The notes below the pieces were generated by a model. The model had not been told where the DNA came from. It ran no database searches and saw only the letters and a program-made list of their open reading frames with translations. DNA of 64,000 bases, from NCBI GenBank assembly GCA_013265495.1, contig MU057801.1, positions 2,200,301 through 2,264,300 of the forward strand. The letters run 5' to 3'. Of the stretch, positions 11,701 to 22,959 are shown piece after piece. The stretch is from Vicugna vicugna. Lineage: Eukaryota. Positions within the stretch are counted from its first letter, which is position 1. The number at the start of each line of letters is the position of its first letter. A program made the translations under genes and the position numbers.

Positions 11701-14589
11701 AGAAGCTGGTGGACAGGCCCTGAGGCTTTCAACGGCAAAGAAGCGAGTTCTGCCGACACTGTGGGTCAGCTCTGAAGCGGATCCCTCCCCACCTGCGCCT
11801 CTGGACAGGACAGCAGCCCCGGCTGACACCTCGACGGCAGCGTGGGGGCCCCGGAGCAGAGGCCCCGCCGGCCACGACCAGGCTCCTGGGAGAGAACGGA
11901 AGTGTGAATGTTTGCTGTGGGGGCAGCCGCGGCCACAGTCGCTCCTCGCCCAGCAGTGGTGCTTCTGCCTTTGGGGCATTCTAGAGAAACACTTCTTTTC
12001 TGGCCTGGTTGTATTTTTAAGAAATTAACTGAATGAAAGAAGTGAGTCAGGCATATATCCTGCTTTTCCAACAACAGCTGTGCGTTAGGGCAACACAGAG
12101 GCAGAAAAAGCCAATCTTCTCTCTGTGAAAATACACCAGCTGTTCAATGAAGCAGAAATAATAGAATTAAAATACCACTGTTCTGCTGGCCCTGATCAGG
12201 TAGTAGCAACGATCATCAATGGCTGTTAATGAAGGAAAAGGGGGACAGAGAAACAGGTGGCTACTCTGTCCCTCCTGAGAGAAGTTCCCCGCACCTGCCG
12301 GGAGGTGTCATCGCAGATAAGTGACCACACGAGCAAGCTGCTCGTTCCCAAGGCTGACCCAGCCAGGAGCTGTGACCCCCGTTCGCAGACAGCACAGCGC
12401 GCAGGAGGACAAGGGAACGCACACGAGGGCGGCGCAGCCTGCAGCAGCCAGCCCGCAGAAAACTCTGCAGGACCAACGACCAGCTTCCTTAGCCAAGCAG
12501 AGTGAGAGAAGTCCACAGATGAAAGGGCGTGAGAGACACATCAGCCAATTGCCGTGTTTGGACCCCGGTTCCAACTGAGCTGTAAACACCGCCCATGGGA
12601 AATCTGGAAGAATAGGGACCCCAGCTGGCTATTTGATGCTGACGGTCATTTTTAGGTGTGTCACACGATTGGACTGTTTACTTCCAAAGGGTCTTCACCG
12701 TTAGAGATCTTTTCTGAAACACTTGCAGATACACTAGCATCCTTTCTGGGACTTGATCCCAGTGGGCTGGGGGCTGGGTGGGCTGCGGGGGAAACGGGGC
12801 TGGCTGTGCGGTGAGCTTAGGAGCCGGGTGCTGGGCCCCTGGAGGTCATCGTGCCATTACTGTTTCTGATGTCAGTCCCTTGACTTTCACGTACGTGACT
12901 GAAAATGTCCACGTTAGAAAGTTAGAACTGCAAGGACAGGGGCTGCAAGGCGCTGTCCTGCGGCACCAGAGTTTAAGGGACTATGGTTTCTTCCCTTGAA
13001 AACGTCCTCCTGCACGTGGACACAGAAGCGAAGGAGCAGGCGAATCTGCCCTGAAGAAGCACGCCTGCGGCCAGCCGCCCCGGAGCGCACTAAGCAGTGC
13101 CTGGGGTGCGGTGTGGCGGGGCCGCGGCTCCAGCGCAGAACCAGGTCTCCTCCCGGCCTGCTGTGACTCCTCTGCTTCCTCCTCATCTAACCACTCTGAC
13201 TTTTAATGTGGCCTGTCAAGTAACAGCACGTCACTTCGGGATGAAGGGAGCTTTTGTTGAAATAAAAAAGGCGTTTGGGAAATGTCATGTTTGTTTTGGT
13301 TTGGGAGCCGAGTGCCGATTCAAACGCCCACTTGCTGGTCAGCGCAGCAGCACGGGTGCCACGGAGGCACCGCAAGACAGGAGGCCAGAGCCCCGGGCGG
13401 GGCGGGGCAGGGGGCAGGGGAGGGAGGCGGGATGAGGGTCTCTGTGCTGATCTGGGTCCACACCGTCCACTACTCAACCCTGCAGAGCACGCGCCTACCT
13501 GGCCGGACCCTGGGCTCCCTCCCCTGCACGCCACCCCTCACACCCCTGGACCCAAGGGCAGCAGACCCCGCGAGGGGCCAGGGCTCAGCACCGGGTATCA
13601 GAAAAGACCAGTCATGACCACTTCGGACACTTTCCTCTCGTGCTGGCCACAGGGAGGTGCAGCAGTGGCCGCGAGCATCCTCAGCGAGAAGCCTGGCAAA
13701 GCCCTAGCTCCCTGCGCTCCAGGGGAAGAGCCCTCAGAGCAGGGCTTGCCTCCCTCCGTGCTGCGAGTACCTCATCGTGGCCGCTTTCCATCCTCCAATG
13801 ACGCTGCCAAGCACAGAGCAGGAAAGAGACGGAGCGAGGGGCTCACCTCCGCCCAGCAGGGGTGCAGGCAGGTGTCACCTCCCGAGCACCGTCGGTCCCG
13901 AAACAATCAGGACGTCAGAAGTTCTCAGTGGTGAATATAACCTTACTCGGCCCACTCAGGTTGCTTTTAATAACGCTGTGTTCTTGCAGTTTCCCCCAAA
14001 TTCACGGTGGCCTCTCCCAGGTGGGGGGCCCAGCTCCAGCTCCAGGGAAGGAGGCGCCCAAAGCCTGGTGGGGCCTGTTTCGGGCAGAGTCACCGTTGGG
14101 TGGCCATGCAGAAGGGTGGATGGTTGAGCCTAAGACACCGAGGCCAGGGACTCCTCCCTGCAGACTCCGGTGGGGGCCAGTGGCCCTGGCAGCCTGGCAG
14201 GGCCCAGGGACGGGGCTCGTCCTGTCACCCATTCCGTTAGAGTCAAGGCCAGGAGGTGGAGCGCCTTGGTCACGGCACCACAATACGTGCCCTCAGCATG
14301 TCTGCGGAGCCTGCGGGGCCTCCTGGGCACTGTGGCATCTCCTGCCTGCACCACTGCCGACCACTGAGCGGAACGGAGGCTGTGTGGGAGGGGGCGACAA
14401 GGGCTCAGGACATAAACTAGAAACACACGTGTTCTGTGGCCCAGGAACCCGGAGAGTTTCAGGAGCAGGAAGGCCCGTGCGCAGGGCTGGGCAGCGCAGA
14501 GCCAGGGCTCTGGGCCTGCCCTGCCCTCCCCGAGGGCTGCGTGCACTCTGCACAGTTGCCCTCTGGTTCAACATCACTTTCGGAGCGGG

Positions 14590-14892
14590 GAGGGGAGGGT
14601 TGGAGGAAGGTAAGGTCTCCAGTTACGAGGTAAAGAGGCCCTAGGGATGGGCACAGCACAGCGACTGCAGCCCATGCTGTTGCGCGGGACCAGGGGGGTG
14701 GCAGAGTCAGTCCTGGGGTTACCACAGAGAGGAACTCTTCCCTCTCTTTGTTGTGTCCATAAGATGACGGATGCTAACGGAACCCACTGTGGTCACCAGT
14801 TCACACCACATGCAAATCAAGCCGTCAGGCTGCACACCTTAAACTTACACAGTGATGATGTCAATTATTTCTCAATAAAACTGGGAAAAAAA
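14590..14892 (+). mobile_element. L1MA-type 3' end
   Basis: 'tccagttacgagg...ctgcacaccttaaacttacacagtgatgatgtcaattatttctcaataaaactgggaaaaaaa' matches the typical L1MA 3' terminus, with AATAAA and A-tail. Confidence 0.75.
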
Positions 14893-15638
14893 TCTGCTTT
14901 CAGAACGATGACCCGATTAGGAAGCAGACATCTGGGTTACCACAAAGCTGGCGGTGGTTTTAAAACTTCGGGGGAGGCTGGCTTCCACTCTGAGCCTCAG
15001 TTGTCAATGACACAACTAAGGTGTTAGAGAACCTGACTCCGCGGCACTCCGAAACCCTCGCTGGCCAGGCGAGGACAGGCTCTAAACCCGGCTGAGTCCA
15101 GACTCCCTGGTTATTCCCAGCCTCACCACCACTCACAGCTGAACCACCTGCTTTTGACCTGGAGCAGGACTCCTGAATCTCCCGGGGCCTCAGTTAGGCT
15201 GTCCGTCGCGAAGGCTTCCGTGGGTCCCATCGGGTTCCAGCACTGCTGGGTGGACGCAGCCCCGCAGACGTGATAAGCAGGGTGACTCCGCAGGCCCAGC
15301 TCCCGGCCTGGAGGCAGGGGCGGCCAGGCCTCTGTGCACAGGACCGGCCGCAAGGGGACAGTCTGGAGTCAGTCACATCGGGGCTGGGCGGCGGGACCCG
15401 CAGACCCATCACAGGTGTCGGGTCCAGAGTTTGGGGGGAGGGTGGCTCCGAATCCCTGGGAGAGCGGAAGCCCCCCACTTCCCACCCCTCTGACGTTCCT
15501 GGAATGGGGGCTCCCTGGCCTGCAGCTGGCCAGCGGGGCTCCCGAGACTCACACGCGCAAATCCACAACCACACGCGCCTACCTACACTTCGTAGCTCCT
15601 GCACGATATTTGTGATTTAGCCCGTGGGTTTTCTTTTC

Positions 15639-16490
15639 TTTTTTTTTTTTTTTTTTGGAGTTTTGTGCATTTTATTTAGCAAATTGAGACCATAAACTTA
15701 AACGTCTTCTATATACTACATGCATATATCCCAGAAGAAACCAGACGCGAATGCTTGATAGAAAATGTTTTTCCATGGCTTCTTTATAAACCCTGTTTCT
15801 CTCCTTTTTACATGCGCGCTGTGTCTGAAGAGGCCGCCAGCAGGAGTCGTCTTCCGGGTGCTGGTTTTGCGCCTCCACCTTCTGTCTCAGCCACGCTTCC
15901 CATTCTGTGTTCTTTCGAGCATGATGAGCTATTAGATCTGACCCTCCAGTGATGTGTGGACGTTCACCTGCTCCAGAAAAGGTGACCTGTTTGAATTTCT
16001 TGAAACCCTTCAGTTGACCACGATCACTGTTTACACTGGGTGCGTTTCTGGAGGCAGAGTCACCAGCCACCAGCGACTGGCTTCAGTCAGCAACGCCCCC
16101 TGGGAAGCCCCTGGCCGTCACCTGCAGCCCCTCGTGGCCAGGTGGCTCTTTAGCTGACCGTAGCGGTTCTTTCCTAAGCTCGCGTCGCTTCCTAGTTTCA
16201 CTTTCTTGAGCGATTTTGTCACTTTCTGGTGTTGCTTCGTAGTCAAACGTGCTGTCTGTTTCCAGGTCCCGGCATGGCCTTTTCTGGTGTGGACGTCTTC
16301 CTCTTGTTTTTGACTTTCGCTTCAAGCTCTGGCTCTGGCTTTGTTCTTGAGTAGCTGCTCCAACGCGTCATCTTCTGCGGCTGCATCATCAATTTCTCTT
16401 CTTTTTTCTGATCTTAGTTTTTCTGTAGAAAGAGATTTATTGGCAGAATTCTTCACAGTGAACTTTAAATCTGTATCTGCAAATCAGTTA
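15639..16490 (-). pseudogene. NBN: Processed pseudogene of nibrin (NBN/NBS1), 5'-truncated; covers the C-terminal coding part plus a short 3' UTR
   Basis: Minus-strand translations include [54 protein letters not shown] (recalled human: [54 protein letters not shown]), KRPCRDLETDSTF..ESDKIAQESETRKRREL and [32 protein letters not shown]. The match runs across several parent exons without introns, with frameshifts, AATAAA at 15671-15676 and a poly(A) tail (T-run 15639-15656). Confidence 0.95.
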
Positions 16491-17089
16491 AACCTCTTCC
16501 AGGTTTAAAGCGAGGCGCCTGGGGAACTCTGGAGAACTCTTTCATTTCTGGGCCTTAATTCAGGGCTGTGTGAAAAAACTGGGTCAAAAGTGAATGAAAA
16601 GGGGCAATATCAGATGGTCTCCGGCTGGCCGCGCACCAGCCTCGAACCGAAGTCAGCGCGGGCCGCGCAGGCAGCCTGCGGGCGGGGAGCCCGGGAGCAC
16701 CAGGCCACAGGCCGTCTCGGACACCTGAGCTCGTGACAGACCTGGCTTTTCTCCTGGAAACTCTCAATTGGGGTTTTTGAGCTGCTGCCTTTCCCGAGCC
16801 CGTGGGTCTCAACACTGGGTGTGAGGGATGCTGGTCTCTGTTTTGGGACATCCTGGGGGTGCCAGCCACACCGGGGCCACACGCTGGGGAGCAAGCTGCT
16901 GGCTGTGCTATTTTCTAACTAAAAAAGGAGATTAAAAACTCAACTTTACCACGTTTGAATATATGGATTGACAGCGGTAGCTGGTTGTCATTTATGAACA
17001 AGAACACGTGCACTGGGAGCGGTGTGAGAAACGGATAAGCAGAGGCGGCTACTCACACACTCAGAGCTCACACACACACTTCCACACTC

Positions 17090-17228
17090 GCTCCAGCTGG
17101 AGGGAACTGGAGGTCACTTGCTCTGACCCCTCACCTCACAAACACAAAGACTCGGGTCCAGAAAAATTAAGTGACTTGACCAAGTGGAAACATCTGGTCA
17201 GCAGCACAAGCCAACCCAGAATCCAAGA
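17090..17228 (-). mobile_element. MIR SINE fragment
   Basis: 'gactcgggtccagaaaaattaagtgacttgaccaag' resembles the MIR core. Confidence 0.6.

Positions 17229-17231
<3 letters not shown>

Positions 17232-17263
<32 letters not shown>
17232..17263. repeat. (GT)16 microsatellite
   Basis: Perfect dinucleotide run. Confidence 0.95.
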
Positions 17264-17265
<2 letters not shown>

Positions 17266-17479
17266 CAGAACCAGTGTTCTGCACTAAGAATCCTTGTCGA
17301 AACAAATAAACAAACAAAAACGGGAGACTGTCCTACCAACCATAATAATCAGGCTAAGCCAGCTCTCCCGTGACCACGTGACGATGTGCTGAGCATAAAT
17401 CGTGCTCACGAGGAGTGTACGCATGAGGGAGATGTCTATCTGTTAACTTTCAAGGTTTAAAACTCTGCCCAGTGACCTC

Positions 17480-17635
17480 GTTACATCTGACGCTGCACGG
17501 AAATCCTGGATCCACCTGTGGGGAACTTCTCTGGGTGGTGGCACGTGGGTGACATTTTTGTCTCCAACGCTTCTGTCTTTCCCAGACCCTATAATAAGCG
17601 TATATAGTACATTTTTAAAACTGGAGAGAAAATGA
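17480..17635 (+). mobile_element. L1ME-type 3' end fragment
   Basis: 'ggaacttctctgggtggtggcacgtgggtgacatttttg...aagcgtatatagtacatttttaaaactggagagaaaa' resembles the recalled L1ME terminus. Confidence 0.5.
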
Positions 17636-18309
17636 GAATGTGTAACTGGAGATTTTCACCACAGCCACTGACCTGGAGAAGTTTGGGGTGACACTGACCA
17701 CGTCCCAGGTTCTGGGCAGCTCTGCAGGCTCTCCGGCGCCAAGACAGGGCTGCCGCCTGAATCAGCCTCGTTCTCGTAACACCTGCAGATTTTGTTCCGC
17801 ATCCACGTGTGCAGCGCACAGGAGAGTTCTGAGGTTGGAAGCCCCATTTTCCTGACTTCCTCCCCAACTCTGTCCCTGCCCTCCCACCCCGTGGCCACAC
17901 ATGGCCAACCCAGCAGGTACTCAGCAAGCATCTGCCCCAGGCCTGGGGGAAAACGGTGGCCTGAGCCGCCTGACCTTGAATTCCTCTCTGTTTATTTCCC
18001 TGAAGCCCCTGGGGATAATCTGATTAATTCGACTAGAATTCAGTTTCCTTTAAAAAAAAAAAAAAAGCTGTCTATTCTGCTGTGCGAGAACAGTTGACTA
18101 CAGCCACTTCTCCAAAAGCTTTTTCCAGAAGAAACACTGACAGCCCAAACTGAGTAAAACGTTCTTTTGAGTTCCCCAAGGTGGTCCTCGTGGCCATGGA
18201 ATAATTTATAGTTGGGGTGCCCACACTAACACTGAGGCTCTAAATCCAGGAGGCAGCGTCTTCCACAAAGCAGCCCCACTTTCCTTGACCTCTGATTATA
18301 CTTAAAGGC

Positions 18310-18435
18310 ACTGTTGTGTAGTTTACAAAGAAATGACGGCTCAGAGAGGTCAAGCAAGCTGCCCAAGGTCACACAGCAAATGCATAATGGATCAGGATGA
18401 AGCTCCAGTCTCCCCATCCCCAGTGTGTTGCTCTT
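18310..18435 (-). mobile_element. MIR SINE fragment
   Basis: 'gacggctcagagaggtcaagcaagctgcccaaggtcacacagc' is the MIR core. Confidence 0.65.
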
Positions 18436-18743
18436 GCCTGAGTTAGTTAAGAAACTGGACTTGCACAAGAAAGGAGTCTTCGAGGAGTGATGTGTCTTTC
18501 AGAAAAATCGTGGCCGGGGTCTGGGTAAGAGGAAGCCCCAGAGGGCACCAGGGGGTGAACCATCGCAGAATCCAAGTGAAAGCTTCAGAACGGCTTTCCT
18601 GTCAAAGAGGGCCTGGCTTTGACTAAAGCAGGGAGACTCTCAGGCAGCCGAGAAAATGTCAGGAAGGGTGAATGCAAACTTCAGGCCTATTGCACTTGAC
18701 TCTTGAGCTTCTAGTATTCCGGAAAAACGTGTTACAGCTCAGT

Positions 18744-19253
18744 TGTGACAGCAACCTGGACCCGGGCGAGAGACCAAGCAGCACTACAGACCTGGAGAAC
18801 TCAGGTTTATTACACCAACAGCCCCACAGAAGTTAGCACTTCCAGCTCTGCAGCCCATCTGTATGGTTACACAGGCCTTTATAGGCTGCCAGTTTACACT
18901 TTGCAACATTATATGCAAATAAAGTACAACAGAAGTTGACCAACCAGGAATAAGCTTTGCAGAAATAGCCCAATCAGGAGTGAGAGAAATAACCAATCAG
19001 GAGTGAGTTCCATGCAAATGAAGTACTACAAATGGAGCAATCAGAAGTTAGGGAAGTGGACCAATCAGAAGTGAGAGTAATAACCAATCAGGAGTGAGCT
19101 CAGGGAACCAATAGAACTTTAGGTGTAAGTTAGCCGCTTTAGAGGCAAAAAGTGCGATAGAGCTTCCCGGTCAAGGAACCGGATGGTGCCGGCAGGAGAG
19201 TAGTGGCCCTGCTCGGGGGTCCTGCCGGTCTTTTCGTGGGGCTTCCCGCCTCA
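18744..19253 (-). mobile_element. ERV solo LTR (same family as 43365-43713)
   Basis: On the minus strand: TG...CA termini, CCAAT/octamer-rich U3, TATA (tttata 18878-18883), AATAAA (18806-18811). Both ends align with the + copy at 43.4 kb (e.g. 'taataaacctgagttctcc' and 'tccaggttgctgtcaca'). No PBS follows. Confidence 0.85.
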
Positions 19254-22200
19254 CTAGCACCAACCCCTCCCCACCCACCCCGCGGCTGCTCGTGCTCCTC
19301 CCCAAGCTCCAGCCCGGCTTTCCTCCAGGTGCAGCGTCGGCTCACCTCGTCGACTGTGGCTCCCGCCGCAGGTCCGGGTCCACGTCCTGACTCTTCACGG
19401 CCGTATCTGGTTACCAGCGTGCGGTCAGGTAACCCGCCCCAAGGCCCTGCAAGGCTCTCCCAGGAAAGAGGCTGAACCACGACCTGGTGGTAGGTCAGAG
19501 CACCCCCACACCCCCCGCCCCGGGTTGGTGGGTGATGGAACGGTCTCTGGAAAGCTGAAGTTAACCTACGGCAGCTACGGAGACAAGGAACTGGATCCTC
19601 AGAACCAGCACATCTGGTCCCGGCCAGGGCCTGGCTCCCAGGTCTTCCATGTGGACTCGAATACCCAGCTTCCCTGGAACAAGGGACAAGGACGCAGACT
19701 TGGAGACCCAAGTAGGGACCAAGATCTGAACAGCAAGGCACCAGACACTTGACCACGGAGACCCCGCGTCTCAGGAGGGAGAGGCAGGCAGCGTCACGCC
19801 CGCCGTCTCTCACGCTGTCCTCAGTTCCGTCCCTGCAGCCAAGTCCATCCTCCTCCGCGCCGGAGCCCCCCACCACTCCTGCCGCGCGAATCAGAGCGAG
19901 TCTAACAAGACGCTCCGAAGCATGGCGGCTCCAACAAGCCGGAAGGTTCCTGCTCTCTGGTGTAACCGTGTGGTGGGCGCTGCTGCCCGCGGGGTCACCT
20001 GGGAGTCACCCGGGAGTCACCCTGGACACCCAGGTGTGTCCATCTGGATGCGAACATCCTCTTTGCTTCTCCTGGGCACCGCCCCCCCCCCCTTGAGTCT
20101 CGGCTGGACCTGGCAATGTGATCGACCAAGAGAATGGCTGACGCGGCGTCCGAGGACTCCCAGGGTGCGATCTTGGGAAGATGACGGCTCTGCCTGGGCC
20201 TCAGAGGGCGCTGGATCTCGAGGCCCTGAGTCACCTGGGGCGGGCGTCCTCACCTGAGTCCAGCGTCCTGCGTCCCCACCAAAGTGCCATTCGCCCTCGG
20301 GAGGCCCGGGAGCACCAGGAGCCACTCCACCCACACCAGGGGGACAGAACCTGCTGGGATTCCCGCCCCCAGGCTGGACCTAGGATGTTTAAGACCTTGA
20401 TTTCACAGCAGTTTTTTTCTACAATAAAAATGTACGGACTGGGAGGTAACTCTGGAGAAACAGGTCCAGAACTGAAGGGTCTTTTTCAAAAACTGACTTC
20501 AGGGGCTCGGGTTGGACCAGGAAAGGTTACCCAGGAGCCTCGGTGCAGACCACGTGGAGCCCTCTTCCTCCATGGCCTCACAGTCCGGGCTTGAGACGGC
20601 CCCACAGGAACGGCCAGCACTCAGAGCTGTGTGCTTAGTGGTGGGTCCTCGGAAACAGGGGAAGCGACAGTAGCAGGGGCCGGACCAGGCTGTGGCTGGG
20701 GAGGAGGGACTGGGTTGGGACAGGATGTGGGGCTGCCGGAGTTACAGCAAATCCAAGCAGGCGCTGGACCAGCAAGGGCCTCGGTGAGTGTAAGGGAGGA
20801 GGCGAATGCGACAGGACGGGTGCCAGGAGACCATGGGCGTCCTCATGTGCCCAGCTGTGGAGTTAGGCAGACATCCTTGTCTGTCCCCAGCAGAGGGAGC
20901 TGAGCAGGGCAGGGGCCTGGCAGAAGCCGGTAAGATCCTGAGCTCCTGGGCTGTGTCTGCTCCATCGGGGGCAGGGCCAGGGTGAGGGAGGGTTTACAGG
21001 GCTGCAGGGAGCAACGCCCCATCCTGCTGCACCTAGGAGGGAGGGCTGGCCCTTCCATCCACTTCCTAGCAACCCCCCCCCAGAGGATTAGAACTAGGAA
21101 GAGAGCAGTGAGGCCTGCCCAGCCCCAGGAGGAGCAGTGAGGCAAGAGGAAGGGCAGATGGGCCGGCGGGCCCCCCAGTGCAGCAACACGTCTCCCTTCC
21201 TCCTCTGAGTGATGCAGCCTCCACTCTGAGGACAACCGTGGAGGCTGAGTTACGCAAACTGGGTTCAGATCCATCTGCGCCCAGTGAGAGGATGAGAGGG
21301 ACACGGCCTGCCTGGTCCCCAGGCCCCTGAGCCCCGCCTGCCCGCCCACACGGATGCCCAGTCGCCAGCCCAGGCTGGCCCGGCCGCCGAGCTCCTTCCC
21401 ATGTCCCCCAGAGCATCACACAGGGACAGGAGCAGATCCAGTGTGGCCCCGGCAGTGACCACCGAGCTCTCCTGCCCACACCACGTGGCACCCCCCCTGC
21501 TCTGCCCCACTGCCTGCTGCTCTCTCTGCTCCCTGCTTCCCCCTACCAGCCAATCCCAGTGTCCCCACCCCCATGTCCACTTCTCACCACCCACACCGCT
21601 CCCACCCTGCCCGACACACCTCCCCAGAACCAGCGAGGCCAGCCCATGTCTCCTCGGCTCCCAGACACCTGCTCGGGGCCCTCCTGCCCCTTCTCCTCTT
21701 TGCTTCCCTTCCAGGTGCTCTCTCCTCTGTTCACTGCCCACCCCCATCCTAGAACGAGGACCTTCATGGTGGCCCCAGACCCACAGGGGCCCCTCCTTCT
21801 TGCATAGACCAGAGGGGCCTCCAAACTCAGGGCCCCCCACCGCCGACTGGGCCTCTGGGGGTGCTTCTGTCCAGGGCAGCGGGGTCAGGGGCAGGCACCG
21901 AATTGGTGCCAGGAGACGTTTGTTGGTGAAATAAATGGATCCCGTGACCTGCGTTGTGGCATCCAGCCCCTCTCTTCTTCTCAGAACCCCAGGCCTGCCT
22001 GCTGCCCTCCCGTCGGTCCCCCTCACTCCATGTCCCAGTGCTACCCCCCACCCCCAGGACCGTCTTCTCTGGCACCTGGTCCTCTGTCCCTGGAGCCCTG
22101 ACGCCACCTCCCAAGTGCAGGATGAGGGGTGAGCTGATGGATCAGCTAACAGAGAAGAAGACGCAAGTGGAATTTGCTCCAAAGCCCAGAAGCCAAACTT

Positions 22201-22579
22201 CCCTTAAGGAAGTGTCACTGCAGACAGCGTGCAGCAGACAGGGAGGGCCCTTGAGCTCAGGTGAGGTTTGGAACGTTGGTCCCGATGCTGCCTGGTGTCG
22301 TCCTGCTCTCAGAGTCCTCGCTGCCCCGCAGCCCAACGTCTGTCTCCACGCGCTACCCAACGGTTGGTGGGTCCCTTCCTCCCAGGCCCCATGCCTGCAG
22401 AAATACTGCCATGTCTCCCTGCTGCCCCGTCCCCTCCCACACACCTTCAAGGGTGTCTCCAAAGACCCATCACCCTGGATGTCTGAACTCAGTGGTAAAT
22501 CTCTTCCTTTTTGGAAGCTAGTGACACTGTTCATTTTCTCCCTAATAAAACGGTTGTGTGCGGCAGTATCTTATTTCCA

Positions 22580-22670
22580 TCGTATCAGTCAGCAATCGCT
22601 GTGTAACAAGCCATCCCAAAACTCAAGCAGCACTCTTTGTTGTTACAGCCCTGTGTCTGAGAGGATCAGG
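22580..22670 (-). mobile_element. MLT1-type LTR fragment
   Basis: 'tcagtcagcaatcgctgtgtaacaagccatcccaaaactcaagc' resembles the antisense terminus of old MLT1 elements. Confidence 0.45.
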
Positions 22671-22959
22671 GTCGGAAAAACTTGTCTTTCAAAGCATGAG
22701 TGAGCAGCAGCTCTGGGACAGAGGGAGCTGTGTCCACACTGCATCTGGGCCCCTCTGGACCCCGTCTCCTGGGGGGAGTGGATTAGGGAGAGGGAGGCTG
22801 GGGCAGCGACCCTGAGCAGGGCAGGTGAGGCAGCTCTCGGTCCTCTGGGAGGGGCCTCAGACCCAGCGTGCTGGCCCGGAGGAGCAGAGCCAGGTAGGCC
22901 CTCGCTGACCAACACCAGGGCTGAGCTGCCACTGGCCCGGCTCAGGGACACTTGCCAAA

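Noticed and set aside
19254-20330. Possible ERV internal region next to the minus LTR (purine tract near 19262-19281; PBS-like tggcactttggtggggac near 20272-20289)
   Set aside because: The purine tract is about 10 nt off the LTR edge, the PBS-like string matches no tRNA 3' end that I recall, and no gag/pol/env similarity appears in translation.
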